Source: Adineta vaga
Lineage: Eukaryota > Animalia > Rotifera
Reading direction: 5' to 3'
DNA length: 64,000 nt
NCBI GenBank assembly: GCA_021613535.1
Contig: CP075495.1
Location: 5,022,001-5,086,000, forward strand
Part shown: piece by piece, positions 12,801 through 26,338 of the stretch
How the letters are laid out: every line of letters starts with the position of its first letter
Numbering within the stretch: the stretch's first letter is position 1
Position numbers and translations under genes: made by a program
Notes under the pieces: model-generated
What the model saw: the letters and a program-made list of their open reading frames with translations, nothing else
Told to the model about the DNA's origin: nothing
Databases searched by the model: none

Positions 12801-15800
12801 GATATTAATGATACCGATGAAGATTGGCCATTTATGTTAAATGAAATTCGTCGTATTGAACCGAATTTACTTAAATTATTTAAAAAAGATGATTTAACAT
12901 TACAATTACTTGATAAAACACCCGATTTATCACACGATGAACATGATGATGGTTTACATAATCTTCCGATTATTCCAACACATGTTGATTGTTTATCCGA
13001 TGATGAAAACGATGAAAATGCTGCTCGTGAATTTACACATAATATCAGTAGTACAAGTAGTACATCGTTATTAATTGAACAAGGTGATACATCAACCGGT
13101 AGTGTCGAACATCCATCACCAGCGATTATATCAAATATCTTTCCACAACAAAGACATAAAGCAGTTTCATCAACTCCAACATTAACACATTTAGATAGGA
13201 ATGATAAACCAAAACAACAGAGAGTTAATCGATATACAACAATTAATTCAAATGATCCACTCTATGCACATGCTGGACAAATTCTTTGTGCTTTACATGT
13301 CATATATGAAGTAAGATCATATCAAACATATTCATAAAATACATGTTCTCTATTTGGTATATTATTTCTAGGACTTAACATTAAATCATACGAAAGATTG
13401 TACACCATTATTGGAGCTTTTATATCTTTTAGCTTGGTAAAATCTTCATACGAAATGTTCCATAAATGCATTAATCGACATTGTATTTTTAGTGATTTTG
13501 ATCTACATGAATATCGTCATTATTATTTGGCTGAAAATTGGAAAATTTCTAAACGTGTTCGTAAAACTCACCAATTATCTCCAGGTAACTAGTTACTATA
13601 ATTTTTCTTGAAAATCTCAATATAAATTTGTCTGATCTAGTTGCATCAAATTTATTTATGCCAAGATTATTCGATCAAACTCCACCAAGTTACTTAAAAT
13701 GGGCTCGACTTTTCCTATCAAGATCAGATAATATTAGTCAATTAACACCATTTCCATACATTGCATCCGTCACAGATAGAATAGTACTCTGTACTAAGGT
13801 AAAATCAAATAGCAAATCTACTTTTAACTATTCTTTACTATTCTTTTTAGCTTCTTGCAACTTATCTATATCCAGGAATGTCCAATGTACATTTGAATTA
13901 TTTATGTAATATTGCTGCAAATAGTAATGGTAACTGTAGACAAAAAAAGATTATTTTGTGAAAAGAAAATGTTTGTTTTATTCCTTTTAGATGGCACATC
14001 ACCATCACCAATGTTATTCACATCAATGAATACAATTAAAAATGATATTTCATTTCGTCATCAACAAATTATAGATGCTTTTCTAACTGATGGTAAGAAA
14101 GATTTGAAGAATCGAATAATTCTTCATTGATATTGATTGATTTTCATAGATTTGACAGCAACTGAATTTGATAGTTTACCATTATGTGTACATGCTGTCT
14201 TATATGAAGCAGTTAGTCATGTTGCATTGCACCCAAAATTTGATTTACCAAGAAAAACATATGAATTTCTCGGTCGACAAGAGTTAGTTTATCATGATCC
14301 AAAATTATTTGATAAAAATTTCCATCCAGGATTAATTTCACTACGAAGCTTAGAATTAATTCGAGTTTATGGAAAAGATTACCACAATGATAAAAGTCGT
14401 CTTGTAGAAAGCGAAGTAAAATGATGCAAAATAAGCCAGATCAGTATATCTGATATATTCTATTTTAGGTGTTAAAATTACGTTTTCCAGAAGATCTACG
14501 TGTACAAACAGTTGTTGAATGTTTACAATCATCAACACCAGTGATGATCGATATTGCACAGAGACCGAATGTTACTGAACAAGAAGTTATGGAAAATAAT
14601 GAGAGATATTTATACAGTGTTGCACAAAGAACAATGTCATTACCATTGGGACGGTATAAAGATGATCATATAAGCTTTTATTTATGAAAATAAACATTGT
14701 TGTTTTTTTGTTCTAGAGGTGCATTAACTTTAGGAACTGTTTATGCATCACCACATGATGCTTTTATTATACCAGAGTTGAATCTTAAAGGACGAGTACC
14801 TTCATCGTATGTATTTTAATATTTGATCTATGCATCTATAACGATCCTTTTTATATATTTGCTTTTCTAGTACTGTTATTGTCAATATGACACATATTGA
14901 AGTTCCTCAAAATATAACACATTGGCCATTATTTCATAATGGTGTTGCTGCATCATTAGCTATTAATCGACATGCATGTGATATGGGTGATAATTGGATT
15001 CGTTCACAAATTCTTAAAAATAATGATATTACCAATGAACAAGCTGGATTTCTTTATGGTCTTGGTTTAATTGGACATTTTAAAAATTTACCAAAATCAT
15101 TAATATATTCTCTATTACAAAAAGCAAATGAATTAACAATGATGGCATCATTACTTGGTATTTGTGTATCTAAGTAAGAAACAATCTATTTCAATTGTAA
15201 GAAAAGACTGGTTTGTTTGTTTTTAAACTATAGTTACAAATCGATGAGTTTAACATTGACAAGTTTATTGACAATTTATATCAAAAGTATGCTACCACAA
15301 ACATTATTTGAATGGGAAGTACCATTTGGTGTACAAATTTGTGGTATTATGGGTCTTGGCTTGCTCTATGCTGGTAGTGGTGATCGATATATATCCGATA
15401 TTTTACTAGCGGAAATTGGAAAATTACCAGTCAGGTAGAGGTTTTGAATATTACACTTTATAATGGTTCATTAATGAATATTTTCTTTTATTAGTACCGG
15501 CGAAAAAGAAATGGTTATTCTTGAACGAGAAGCATATGCATTTACATCGGGTATTTCACTTGGTACAGTTTTATTCAAGGTAAAGGAATATCGAGTTTTA
15601 TTATTGTATTGATAAGTTTCGTTGGTTTTTACAGAAAGGATTGAATAGCATTAATTCAAAAGAAGATTTTTTCACCAGTGCACTTCTCAGTTATATTATT
15701 GGAAAAGAACGTGTTTATTCATTTGGATCACTTCGTACACATATTCAAGTACATGAATATGGTTCAATGAATGCAAATATCACAGCAACAGGTGCAATGA

Positions 15801-17820
15801 TTGCAATAGGTTTAACTTATTTCAATACAAAGAACAAGTTCGTATATTTTTAACTTTTTAACTAGAAGTTTTCTAGCGACTACAAATGGTCTAATGCATC
15901 ATTTCTTTAATTTATAAAGATTTATATGGTCGTAATAGTATTTTAATTCTTTTCTTTTCAGAGATATCGCTGAATGGTTTACACCAGATGATATCATGCG
16001 ATTAATTGAATTAGTTCGTCCTGACCTACTTCTTTTACGAGTAAGTCAAAATCGATAGAATTCATTCGTTATCATTTTATTTTCATAGACTGTCGTTTAC
16101 AATTTGATATCATGGGAAAGTATTGATAATACTTCTGAATGGATTGATAAACAAATTCCAATAGTTTTAAGTCAAAATGCATTTCGAAGCAAAATATCGA
16201 TCAATACATATGATTCTGAATCAATTACTCAAGCATATTGTTATCTTGTTTCTGGTGTATGTTTTAGTTTAGCATTAAAATATGCAGGAACATGGAATGA
16301 ACAAACAGCAACTATAATTGTAAAATTGATTTTGTTTTTCTTTCAAAAAACAAATGTACCTCGTTTTCTTTCTCTCTCTAGAGAAAGTATTTCAAACAAT
16401 TTCAAGTTTATATTGATCGTCCAGCTGATTATATTGAGAATGATTCAGATAGTTATACACCAGATAGTGCAACTTTGGAATTTGTGATATCAACACTTGT
16501 ACTTTCATTAGCAATGGTATAATATAATCTTTGTTTTGTATCGTTTTGATAATATTTTCTTGTTTAGGTTATGGCTGGTAGTGGTGATTTACATTTATTA
16601 AATCTTTTACGAACTTTACAAACACGTGTCGGACCTGATCGAACACATGTTACATTTGGTTCACATGTTGCTGTTAGTATGGCATTAGGTTTATTATTAC
16701 TTGGCGGTGGACGGTACGTCTACATTTGTTTTCTTCAATTAATTCATTTGACTTTCTTTATATTGAAGGTATGGTCTACGAAATGATGATGATGCTATAC
16801 CTATTCTTCTAGCAGCATTCTATCCTCATTTTCCAATGAATAGTAATGATAATCGGTATGTCACATATTGAATAACTAAGTGTATTTTTTCTTTCTTGTT
16901 TTAATTTAGTTTTCATTTACAAATTTTTCGTCATTTATATGTTATGGTATGTGAATCACGTTTAATGATAACAAAAGACGTAACTAGTCAACAAGTCTGT
17001 TCTGTTCATGGTCAATTGTGGATTAATGAAAATAATCAAATTCAAACGAAAACATTTCGTACACCATGTTTTCTGCCGAATTTTATTTTAATTAAACGAT
17101 TAGAAATTAATGATGAAAATTATTGGCCAATTATTTATGAAACGGATGAACAAATTCAACGTTTAAAACAAATGTTAAGTCGTGATGGTCTTTTCTATGT
17201 ACAAAAATCTTCGGTTTTATCATCATTGATATTAAAAAAGACTTCATCATCGCTTGTTCAACTTTTATCAAATAATGAATCATCATTACGAACATGGTTT
17301 CATGCTTTACAACTCTATTCCGGTATACAACGTATTGTAACTGAACCAATTAATAATCGTCATGTCAAAGAAATTCATGCTCTAATAGCATTCTATGAAA
17401 AATATACATTAATTAAGAAACCTTCAAATTTAAATGATACAGATGATCTGATTTTACGAACACAATTTACAAATATACTTTTTAAAAATATTACAAGTAG
17501 ATAGAGGATAATTGAGATATTTATAGACTTGATTCTTTATTTTTTTACAGAAATGAAAGCAGATTTACTTGTTGCTTTGAAAAATCAACATGATCCTAGA
17601 AGATTTGGCTTATTACTACCGATTCGTGAATGGTTACCTGGATTGAATGAAGAGAATTTGTTATGTCTTCTAGGTAAAAATGAAAACTTTGTTTTATCAA
17701 ATCAAAACGTTTATGTTCGTCTATTTAGATACGACAAGTCCAGCAAAATTAATTCGTTATGCTGTAAATCTTGGACTTGATTGTGAATTAGCACTCTATT
17801 TACTTAATGGACCTACTTAA
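9883..17820 (+). CDS. ANAPC1: anaphase-promoting complex subunit 1, >30 exons, intact
   Basis: All junctions were phase-checked by hand. Motifs: LFSLSHPLDE, LRFPEDLRVQTV, RTMSLPLGRGA, WPLFHNGVAASL, AGFLYGLGLIGH, EREAYAFTSGISLG, VMAGSGDL, FGSHVAVSMALGLLLLGGGRY, DNRFHLQIFRHLYV. Confidence 0.97.
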
Positions 17821-19857
17821 ATTTAATCTCTTCCTTTTCTATATATGAATGTGTGATATGTCCTTCTCTCTATTCTTTCATAGTCTGTCTATATAATAGA
17901 TAAAAAACTTTATACTTTCATGTATTTTTTTTCTTCTTTCTTATCAAAATAAAAATCAATTCCAAAAATTGAACATAATCTATAATAATTGTATAAGAGA
18001 AATATTCCATTTCTTCTTATCACAAAAACAAACATCTGATAATTCATCTTATGTATATGAATTTTAATTAAAATATGAGTAGTTCATAAATAAGCGATAA
18101 GTGTAATCGAAGATTTTTACACTTGGAAATCTTGATTAATCAAGAAGGTTCAGATCATCCCAAGAGCAATACAAACATGCGATTAACAAGGTAAAATCGC
18201 GTTTATGATAAATGAAGATGAATAAAGATAAAAGGTCATTCAGTACTATTGTACAGATGTCATATTCATGGTTTAAGTTGTTTTGATAGTGTGAATTAGA
18301 TGAACATGGGTACTTATTTTTTCCGACATTGAACAATTATCATAAATTGTGCTTTAGTGAAGGATTTTCTCTTATTACCAGAAAAAAACATTGTCAGACA
18401 GCTCGAAATTCAATAAGACATATCATATTCGAAGAAAATAGATCAGTATGGAAGACTTTGTAGCAAAAGACTTATTTTGGTAAAGTAACATTGAATGGTT
18501 ACTCTCCATGAAGATAAATATAATCTGCAGTGATATTTCAAACACAATTGTATTGTTATTTATTAAACTAACATTCAAAATGTAGTAAAATTAAACTTTT
18601 CTATGTATTCTATTTAATAAATATATAGATATTGTAGAGCATCTATGTAATAAGAATGATCAAGTTCTTCTTCTTGTTTAAATTTGCATATATATGATAT
18701 GTAATGAGATGACCTTGGTTCACCTTTGCCAAATTCTTACAGAAAAATGTTGATAGTTTTTAGGTTTCAATGATTGTCAAAAATATTTGGTTTTTAAAAA
18801 TTCTCAATGCAGCTTGTCTCTATTCGTCTGACATCATCATTCTGTCTTAAAATCCTAACTTGTTCTTTTCGAACACTACCTTTATAATCAACTATGATTG
18901 TATAATCATGATACTAAAGCTTAAAATAATGTCTTCTATGCGAATTGAAAACTTATCCGCTAGTTGTTGACATTGACAAAGATCATCATATAAACTCGCT
19001 AGACTGTCTTATCTCATCGACAAACATAACAGTACAACGAGAAAAGATTATCGAGGAAAACCTTAGTATAAACCAATTGCTACGCATTATAATATGTGTA
19101 CTAAACGAACAAATTATTGTACATTAATCTTTTGTCTTTTTCAAACAATGACAATCGTCATTGTGATATATGTATCAATGAAATGATTATCAAATGCAAT
19201 AGACAAAATGTTTGTGAAGCAGTCAAGCACATCGATAACAACTATACATTTATTATTCTATCTTGTCATTGCAATGAGCATGACTATTCATTTACTTGGG
19301 CTTTTATGCTCTTGTTTTACATAAGCAAGAAGAAAAAAAGAAGAATGCCTTTGAAAGCTTTAAATAATCATTGAAGCGATAAACAGAGGCATTCACGTGG
19401 AAAAAAAGATTAGGTACAGATAATGTTAAGAAAAAACGATCATATCATTGGATATTTGATTCTTTAGTTCAATGTTTTTTTCTTTTCTGCAGATGATCAC
19501 GTGTACACAACCTGTGTATTCCTATATATTTTGTTTATCAATCTTTAGAAATAGTAGGTGAGATAATAAGGTAGTATTCTATTCTTTCATGTCGACAGTG
19601 TCAAATTTATAATATCCTTTAATTAATCATCTTGAATGAGTTTGTTTTAATTTATATTTCATATATCTATCAGATTAATAAATGTAACTTCTCTATGTCA
19701 TAGAGAAAACGTGATATTCTTTTATTACCTGATGAATATTAGAAGTCTTTTATTTTTGTTTATGAATAAACTTTGAGCACAAATACAAGTCCAACTAGTT
19801 CAGAAGACTCCTAGATCTTTCTATTTGAATGACATATGTTACCTTAGTAATAAAAAA

Positions 19858-19880
19858 AGAAGAAGAAGAAGAAGAAGAAG
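19858..19880 (+). repeat. (GAA)n microsatellite
   Basis: Uninterrupted agaagaaga... run in intergenic DNA. Confidence 0.9.
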
Positions 19881-20508
19881 AGGAGACAGATTGGCAAGAT
19901 ACGTGCATCTGTATTTACACAAGTCTGTAAGACATACAGATAACCACAGTGAATCAGATATGTGAAAAAATGTCTTGTGCGTCCTTTGATATACTAATAT
20001 AAATGAAAAATCGAAGAATTTTGTTATTCATTATTTATTTCATATTCAAATAATTGATGTTTTTTTTTCGAGAGAAAAAATACCAAGTAAGACAACGAAA
20101 ACAAAAGTGAAAACATGAGAGAATATGATTTGAATGTAAATGAGAAGAAAAGAAATCTTATGTTTTCAATTCACCGCGTGATAATTCTTCCATGCTGGTC
20201 TTTTTTCATGTTTAGTTCCGTCGTTTTAGATATTTGTTGTTTTATATAATTTCACTCGATCTATATATCTTTGTTTTTTTTCTTCTTTTCTCATAAATTT
20301 ACTTCGCTTTTCTGTCGGCTGAGTTTTCAATGCCTTCAAACAAACTTAAATTTCTAATAGTAACAAATACACTCGTTCTTTTTCTTTTTTCTTCTTTTCA
20401 TTTTCTTAAATGCTCTATGAGTACATTTGAAAAAGAGTGAAAAAAAATACTTTTTGACGTAGATCGCATTCGACATTAACAAATTAACAACCTGAAATAC
20501 CAACACAA

Positions 20509-20907
20509 ATGGCTCTAACTTCTTCTTCTCATCAACCATATAAAAAAACTCTATCAACAAGTTCAAATTATTCCATACACAGTACAAGTGATTTATTAGT
20601 AAGTATCATTTCGTTTTCTCCTTTATTATGTTGAATCTATTACAGTTACCATTGCCTTCGAAATCATTAGCAATGAAAATGTCATCAAAAGATCGATCAT
20701 GGTTTGATTTTCTCGTTGAATCACCGCCAAAAACAGTTAAAGATGAAACATATGATTGTGATATAACAGACGCAACTTCTCCATTAACAGAAAATATCGA
20801 TTATACAATAATCGATTCTGATGATCATTATTCAAATGACAGAAGATTATTAAAAATTCTTGATGGAAAAATAAAAAAATCTCGCAAAAAAACTGTGCCA
20901 ACGAAGC
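20509..20907 (+). CDS. alternative upstream first exons (second A/B domain) of the estrogen receptor gene
   Basis: ATG 20509, exon to 20598|gtaagt, 47-nt intron, exon 20646-20907 ending c|gtaagt (phase 1). This matches the phase-1 acceptor at 23042 used by the proximal first exon. Confidence 0.65.
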
Positions 20908-21787
20908 GTAAGTTATGTTTTCTTCCATTTCAATTAATTAAATACTGAAAAAATAAAACTGGGAAAAATTTATTCATCTAATCATACATATACGCGAAAG
21001 AAAGAATCAAATTATTCGTTAGTAAAATAGCTTTCTTAATTTTGGGACAACAAGTAACATTATTTTCGTAATATAAGTATTTTTGTTATACTTATTGTCT
21101 CGAGATCACTATCATATTCCAAGTACTTTTCTTCACGTTCTTTTGTCAATTTTGTAGAGAGTAATGCGTTTTTTACTGTTCTTTCTTCTTGTTTCGATCA
21201 CGTTTTTTGCCTCATGTGTAGATATCAGTCGCCATTACTGTTGCTTTCATTACCTTCATCAAAATCACTGCTCGCTCGATGAATGCCGACGCAAAAGAAC
21301 ACGATGACTTGCCATATACACATATGCACGCCCTTGTCGGACTACTCATGAGAAAGCAAAACCAGCGAAAATGTTGTCAGGCAGACCGATTCGCCTTTTC
21401 CTCTTCTCTTTTTCCTTTCTGTTCTATTCTCTATCGTCGTCGTAGTCGGCGTCCTTCTTTGCATTCTCAATAGCAGCTTTGTGTTACTCGTGCTTCTGCG
21501 CTCTGCACAACCCTTTACGTTTTTCTTTTTCATCGTCTTCTTGACACTCAATCATCGATGCAATGAGCAGCGTCATCATCAACAACATCCAGTATTTTTT
21601 TTCCTTGTTGTGACTGTCTTGTTTTTCTTCCTTTTCTTCCCTACAACTATTAAGCGAAATGTAAGACATACAAAACGTGTTTGAGTACAACTTTTTTTAA
21701 TCTATATATGAACTATTGATTGAACCATGGAAGAAAATCAATGTACGTATGCGCATATATACATGTTCATTCGTTCTACTTCATCAG

Positions 21788-21808
21788 AGGTCATGTAGCC
21801 CCTGACCT
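21788..21808. promoter_or_regulatory. nuclear-receptor inverted repeat AGGTCA-N9-TGACCT (IR9)
   Basis: Two perfect half-sites in inverted orientation, aggtca tgtagcccc tgacct, ~480 bp upstream of the proximal ER ATG. Confidence 0.45.
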
Positions 21809-22287
21809 AGTAGAATATACAAAAGAGAAAGAAGAAAAAAAAGAGTATCTATATTAATGCTTTTCTACATATTAAAGGGATTGAGATTACATATTCAAAT
21901 AGCGTTAAATATAAAGCACCATGAACCATGTATGTGTGTATGTTTTATCATTGTTTTCTTCTTTTGTATTCCAAGAAAAGCTTTGAATTTTACTATTATA
22001 TCGATAGAAATTTAATTTGCGAGAAGGGCAAGTAGAAAAAGAAGGAACGAGAGCAGTCTGTTCTTCTAAAAAAGAATAGAAAGAAAAATATACAACGTAA
22101 TAGACGACTCTATAGCTTCGTTTTTCTTTTTTTTCTCGTTTTTTTTTCTTTTCTCAAGTTTTTTTTGTGTGCTTCTTTTCTATTATCAGTCTATATCACA
22201 CATATATTTTGATCTTAGATTATTCATTCTTCGTTTATTTCTTTTTTCTCCTTATCTGACAACAAATATTATGTTCAATAATTAGAT

Positions 22288-25058
22288 ATGTTAACGATGG
22301 CAACTATAGGGAATCCACTAGCAAATTTCGATCATCGATCTACATCTTCTCCAAATCAAACCTCACCAACAATTAAGCAACAACCATTTAGTCCACCACC
22401 ATACCATCCATTAACCAATGGATATTTTAATCATCATCGTCATCATCTTCAACAACAACAACAACAACAACAAAGTTCAACACCATCACCTGATCATGAA
22501 CAAATCTCACCATTATCAAATAATCTAGCTGAAAGTTCGTCAACATCGAGCTTAGTCGTACCGCCATCACTTGGTACAGGTTGGTAGACATATACAAGAA
22601 AAGAAAAACAGATAATTAATTACGAAAAAAAATAACGAATCGAATTGCGTTTTTTTATTATGATGAATTAAACGCTTGAATGATTTAAGTGTTTTGATCA
22701 ATGTCATATTGATATACTCGGTCTATCTAAATAATATTACTAAAAATAATATTTATAGAATTAAGAAATGTTAATAGATCTGTGTTTAATATAATCAACT
22801 AGTAATTTTAGTTATCGTGACCTTTTCGACGATTATCAATAGAAAAGAAAGAGTACTCAGACCTTTTATATATATATATTTTTTTTCTTTTTTCATTGAA
22901 TATGACTATAGTTTATTAAATATAAGTTCGCAAGAGGAAAAGAATATGTTATTTAATTATTTAGAGAGAAAATATACTCATGAGAATTGATTGTCGTTTG
23001 ATGCTAATCTCAGTTAAAATTTATTTTATTTTTGTTTTTAGCTTCAGTAGCTGCTGAAGATAAACGTCGTTGTGTAAGTAAAGATAAATCTGAAAACGAC
23101 ATATTGAAACTTTTATTTTACATATTATACATAGGCGGTATGCAGTGACATTGCTTCTGGTTATCACTATGGCGTTGTGGAGTTGTGAGGGTAAATAGTT
23201 TGAATTAAAAAAAATATATATCGAATTAATTTCTTAGGTTGTAAAGCATTCTTCAAACGAAGTATTCAAGGTACGAATGAATACATCTGTCCAGCAACTA
23301 ATACCTGTACAATTGATAAACATCGTCGAAAAAGTTGTCAAGCATGTCGTTTAAGACGTTGTTATGAAGTTGGTATGACAAAAGGTACGACACGACGAGA
23401 AAGAAAATATCGTAAGAAAGCAGTATCCGTTTGTAAAATTACGTCAACATCATCGAATACAAATGCGTTGAATAATTCAACGGGTAATAATACTGATCAA
23501 GGATTATTAATTGCAACAAATATGTCAGCAGCAATTTCAGCCGGAACATCTTCAGTCTCTCAAATAAATAATGCAGGTTTTTCCTCACCACAATTACAAA
23601 CAAATAAAGTAGGTTGAAAAGAGTTCTCTTTCTCAAGTACTTTATTTTCATCTTAAAGACCACAACAGATCCTACACGAATGCCATTACCATCAGCAGAA
23701 TTCATTACAACACTTTCACAAGCATCTCGTTTAAATTTACCAGCAAAAGCAGATACAACTCGACCATTAACTGATCAATATTTTCTTCAATTACTAGCAA
23801 AAATTTTCGATCAAGAACTTGTTGTCCTTATTAATTGGGCAAAAGCGATGCCAGGTATGATGATCTCTCTCTCGGTCTCTCCCTCTCTTTTCCTTACTTT
23901 TCTCTTTTCTATTTCCGTAGGTTATACAGAAAGTTTAACTCTCGATCAACAAGTAACTATCATTGAACAGAGTTGGTTAGATACTTTGATTCTTGACATC
24001 ATCGAACGATCATTAGAACGTAATGATGATACACTTCATTTTGCACCTGATTTCTTTATTTCACGGTAATCATGAACAATATTTTATGAGAATAATTTTT
24101 ATCACACATATCTATTATTTAGAAATCGTGATTTATCAAGTCCAGGTCTAGGTGCAATCTGTACAAGTTTATTTAATATTCTTCAAGCATTTAAAGATCC
24201 TCGAACAACACATGAAGAATTCATTGCATTAAAAGCAACTATTCTTATTAATTCAATTCCAGCAACAATTACAACAACGAGATCATTTCGTTTATTAACC
24301 AATCAAATCTATCAAGCAATACAATATACATGTGATTCAAATCCAAGTGTTTATCATGATAATTATATTCGTCATTTTACATTATTATTACAATTACCAC
24401 ATATAAAAATGTTAAGTTTAAAACTGATACGTTTATTTATTCTGATGCGTTCAAATGATTTATTACCACAAGCCGATCTTTTATTAGAAATGCTTGATGC
24501 ACAAGATTCACTCGATTTAAATAATGGTTTTCTATCGATGAATACGAATATCAGTGCTTTATCAACGGATACTTCGAATTTAAGTCAAAATTTATCGACC
24601 AATAATAATAATGAAAATAATACAACATCATCAGTAACAGTACCATCTTCAATGAATAGTACAAAGCTTCAACCTGGCTATCAAACATCAAATAATTTCA
24701 ATCAAATACAAGAAACAGATGATCAAACACCAAATATGACTGGTTTAAATAGTAGGTTGAAATTCTTCTCACGTGAATTCTCTAAGTAGATAGTCAATGC
24801 AATAAAAACTGAAGTGCTTTATTTGTTCTAATCAAAATTCATTTCTACGGTTTTAGTATAAATTATGATTATTTTTTTTCTTCAGATCAAATGAATTATC
24901 AAGCAACATCATCATCTATGTTGTATGCAAATTCATCGTCTGGGAAACGTTCACCAGCAACTCCACCTGTACAATACTATAAACATTCTCATTCAGAATC
25001 AATTTCCAATTCAACGCCGACTAATATGCATTTTCAAATGAATAATATGTCGTATTAA
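22288..25058 (+). CDS. ESR: estrogen receptor ortholog (NR3A); 1-nt frameshift at ~23176 in the first zinc finger as assembled
   Basis: [18 protein letters not shown](W)[50 protein letters not shown] has the ER P-box CEGCKA, not the ERR CEACKA. LBD motifs [44 protein letters not shown]; AF-2 DLLLEMLDA; N-terminal polyQ. Confidence 0.93.
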
Positions 25059-25966
25059 TGCTCAATGTCAATGTATATTATTCCGTAGAAAATGTGCCAT
25101 AGATAGATATTAATCAAAAAAGCAAAGTATTCTATTTTTCTCGTAAAATCGAATTTTTAAATGAAATTTTACAACAGTATTCTTTGTATTTGCTCATATG
25201 AAAAGAACACACACACACACAAACACATATTTATAATTTATAACTATTTCTCTTTTACTCAATGCTCAATTCTTATTATCAAACTCCATTATTGATATTC
25301 GTTATCATACGAATACAAACAGAAAACATTAATATTTGACTTCGTTTCCATATTTCTCACATATTATGGAATATTGTTCAAAGAAAAAGAAATTTTATCT
25401 TGATGTATGTTGTTTTTATGTATTAGACCGGTTAAACACCATCTCGGTGTTTTCTTTCTTTCTTTCTCTCTCTCTCTCTTTATGTTCCTTGTTTTGCTGT
25501 TTGCATTCTTGTTTTCTATTTTTTTTCTCTTCTTTTTTGTTTGTGATTATGTTGAATACACGTGATGTACGTTGAGCGGAGAGATCAACATTTTACTATA
25601 TCTAATTATATGAAATGCTCATTATTTAAATTGTTCGAACACAATTCAAAACAAAATACTCTTTTTAAGTTTGATGAGTCTTCTTTAATGGATGTCAATT
25701 TTTAAAATATCAAGTTCATGCTATAAGTGCATGGTTACATTAATACGTATCGGTAAACACGACCTCATTATAAGTATGCATGTTGTATTTATAGATAGCA
25801 ATTTTGAAATGACAAGGATTTTTATTGTAAAAATAAATTTAAAAATAACTTAAAGTATAACAATTCTAATTGCTTCATGATTATAACCTTGGTATTGACA
25901 CTGAGGAAGGTAAAAGAAAAACTTATTATATAGGAAACAAACTGTTTTCCTTTATTGCAAAAGATT

Positions 25967-26167
25967 TTATTCGAACAAATCAGAAACCGAACATTCTATT
26001 GCTATAATATGGAATCTTTCAAGAAAGAAATCTAATTGTACATAAATATATAATAATTTCTCCGCCCTTGCATCTGACAGGCACTGATTAAGTCGAGGAA
26101 CGTCTGCAAACTGATAAGTACATATCCATTCCGCATCCTTTGTGGGTTTTTTTCTTATGTCTTTCAA
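25967..26167 (-). mobile_element. possible degenerate hAT transposase C-terminal (dimerisation domain) relic
   Basis: RLNQCLSDARAEKLLYIY resembles the hAT end motif RNRL...RAEKLVFIY; the segment is less AT-rich than its flanks. No TIRs were seen. Confidence 0.3.
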
Positions 26168-26338
26168 TAGTAGCCATCATATATTCTGGCTGTTATTAGT
26201 AACTTTCCATTTCTATATACGCCTACAAAATAGAGCCAGTGGAAAAATCAATCAATAACTACATTATTACTCTATTTATTTAGTTCTTTTGCTATTTGAC
26301 TTGTTTCTCTGGTGATGTATGACTGTCGACATAGGAAA

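Noticed and set aside
17900-20400. Short ORFs in the APC1-ER intergenic region
   Set aside because: Random AT-rich ORFs without coherent exon chains; more likely ER upstream regulatory DNA.
21279-21690. Four overlapping short ORFs on both strands
   Set aside because: Low-complexity T/C-rich sequence in the ER promoter/5' UTR region with no protein-like features.
22288-25058. Calling the nuclear receptor ERR
   Set aside because: The P-box CEGCKA, GVWS, KRSIQG and DLLLEMLDA are ER-type rather than ERR-type (CEACKA, GVAS, KRTIQG, KLFLEML).
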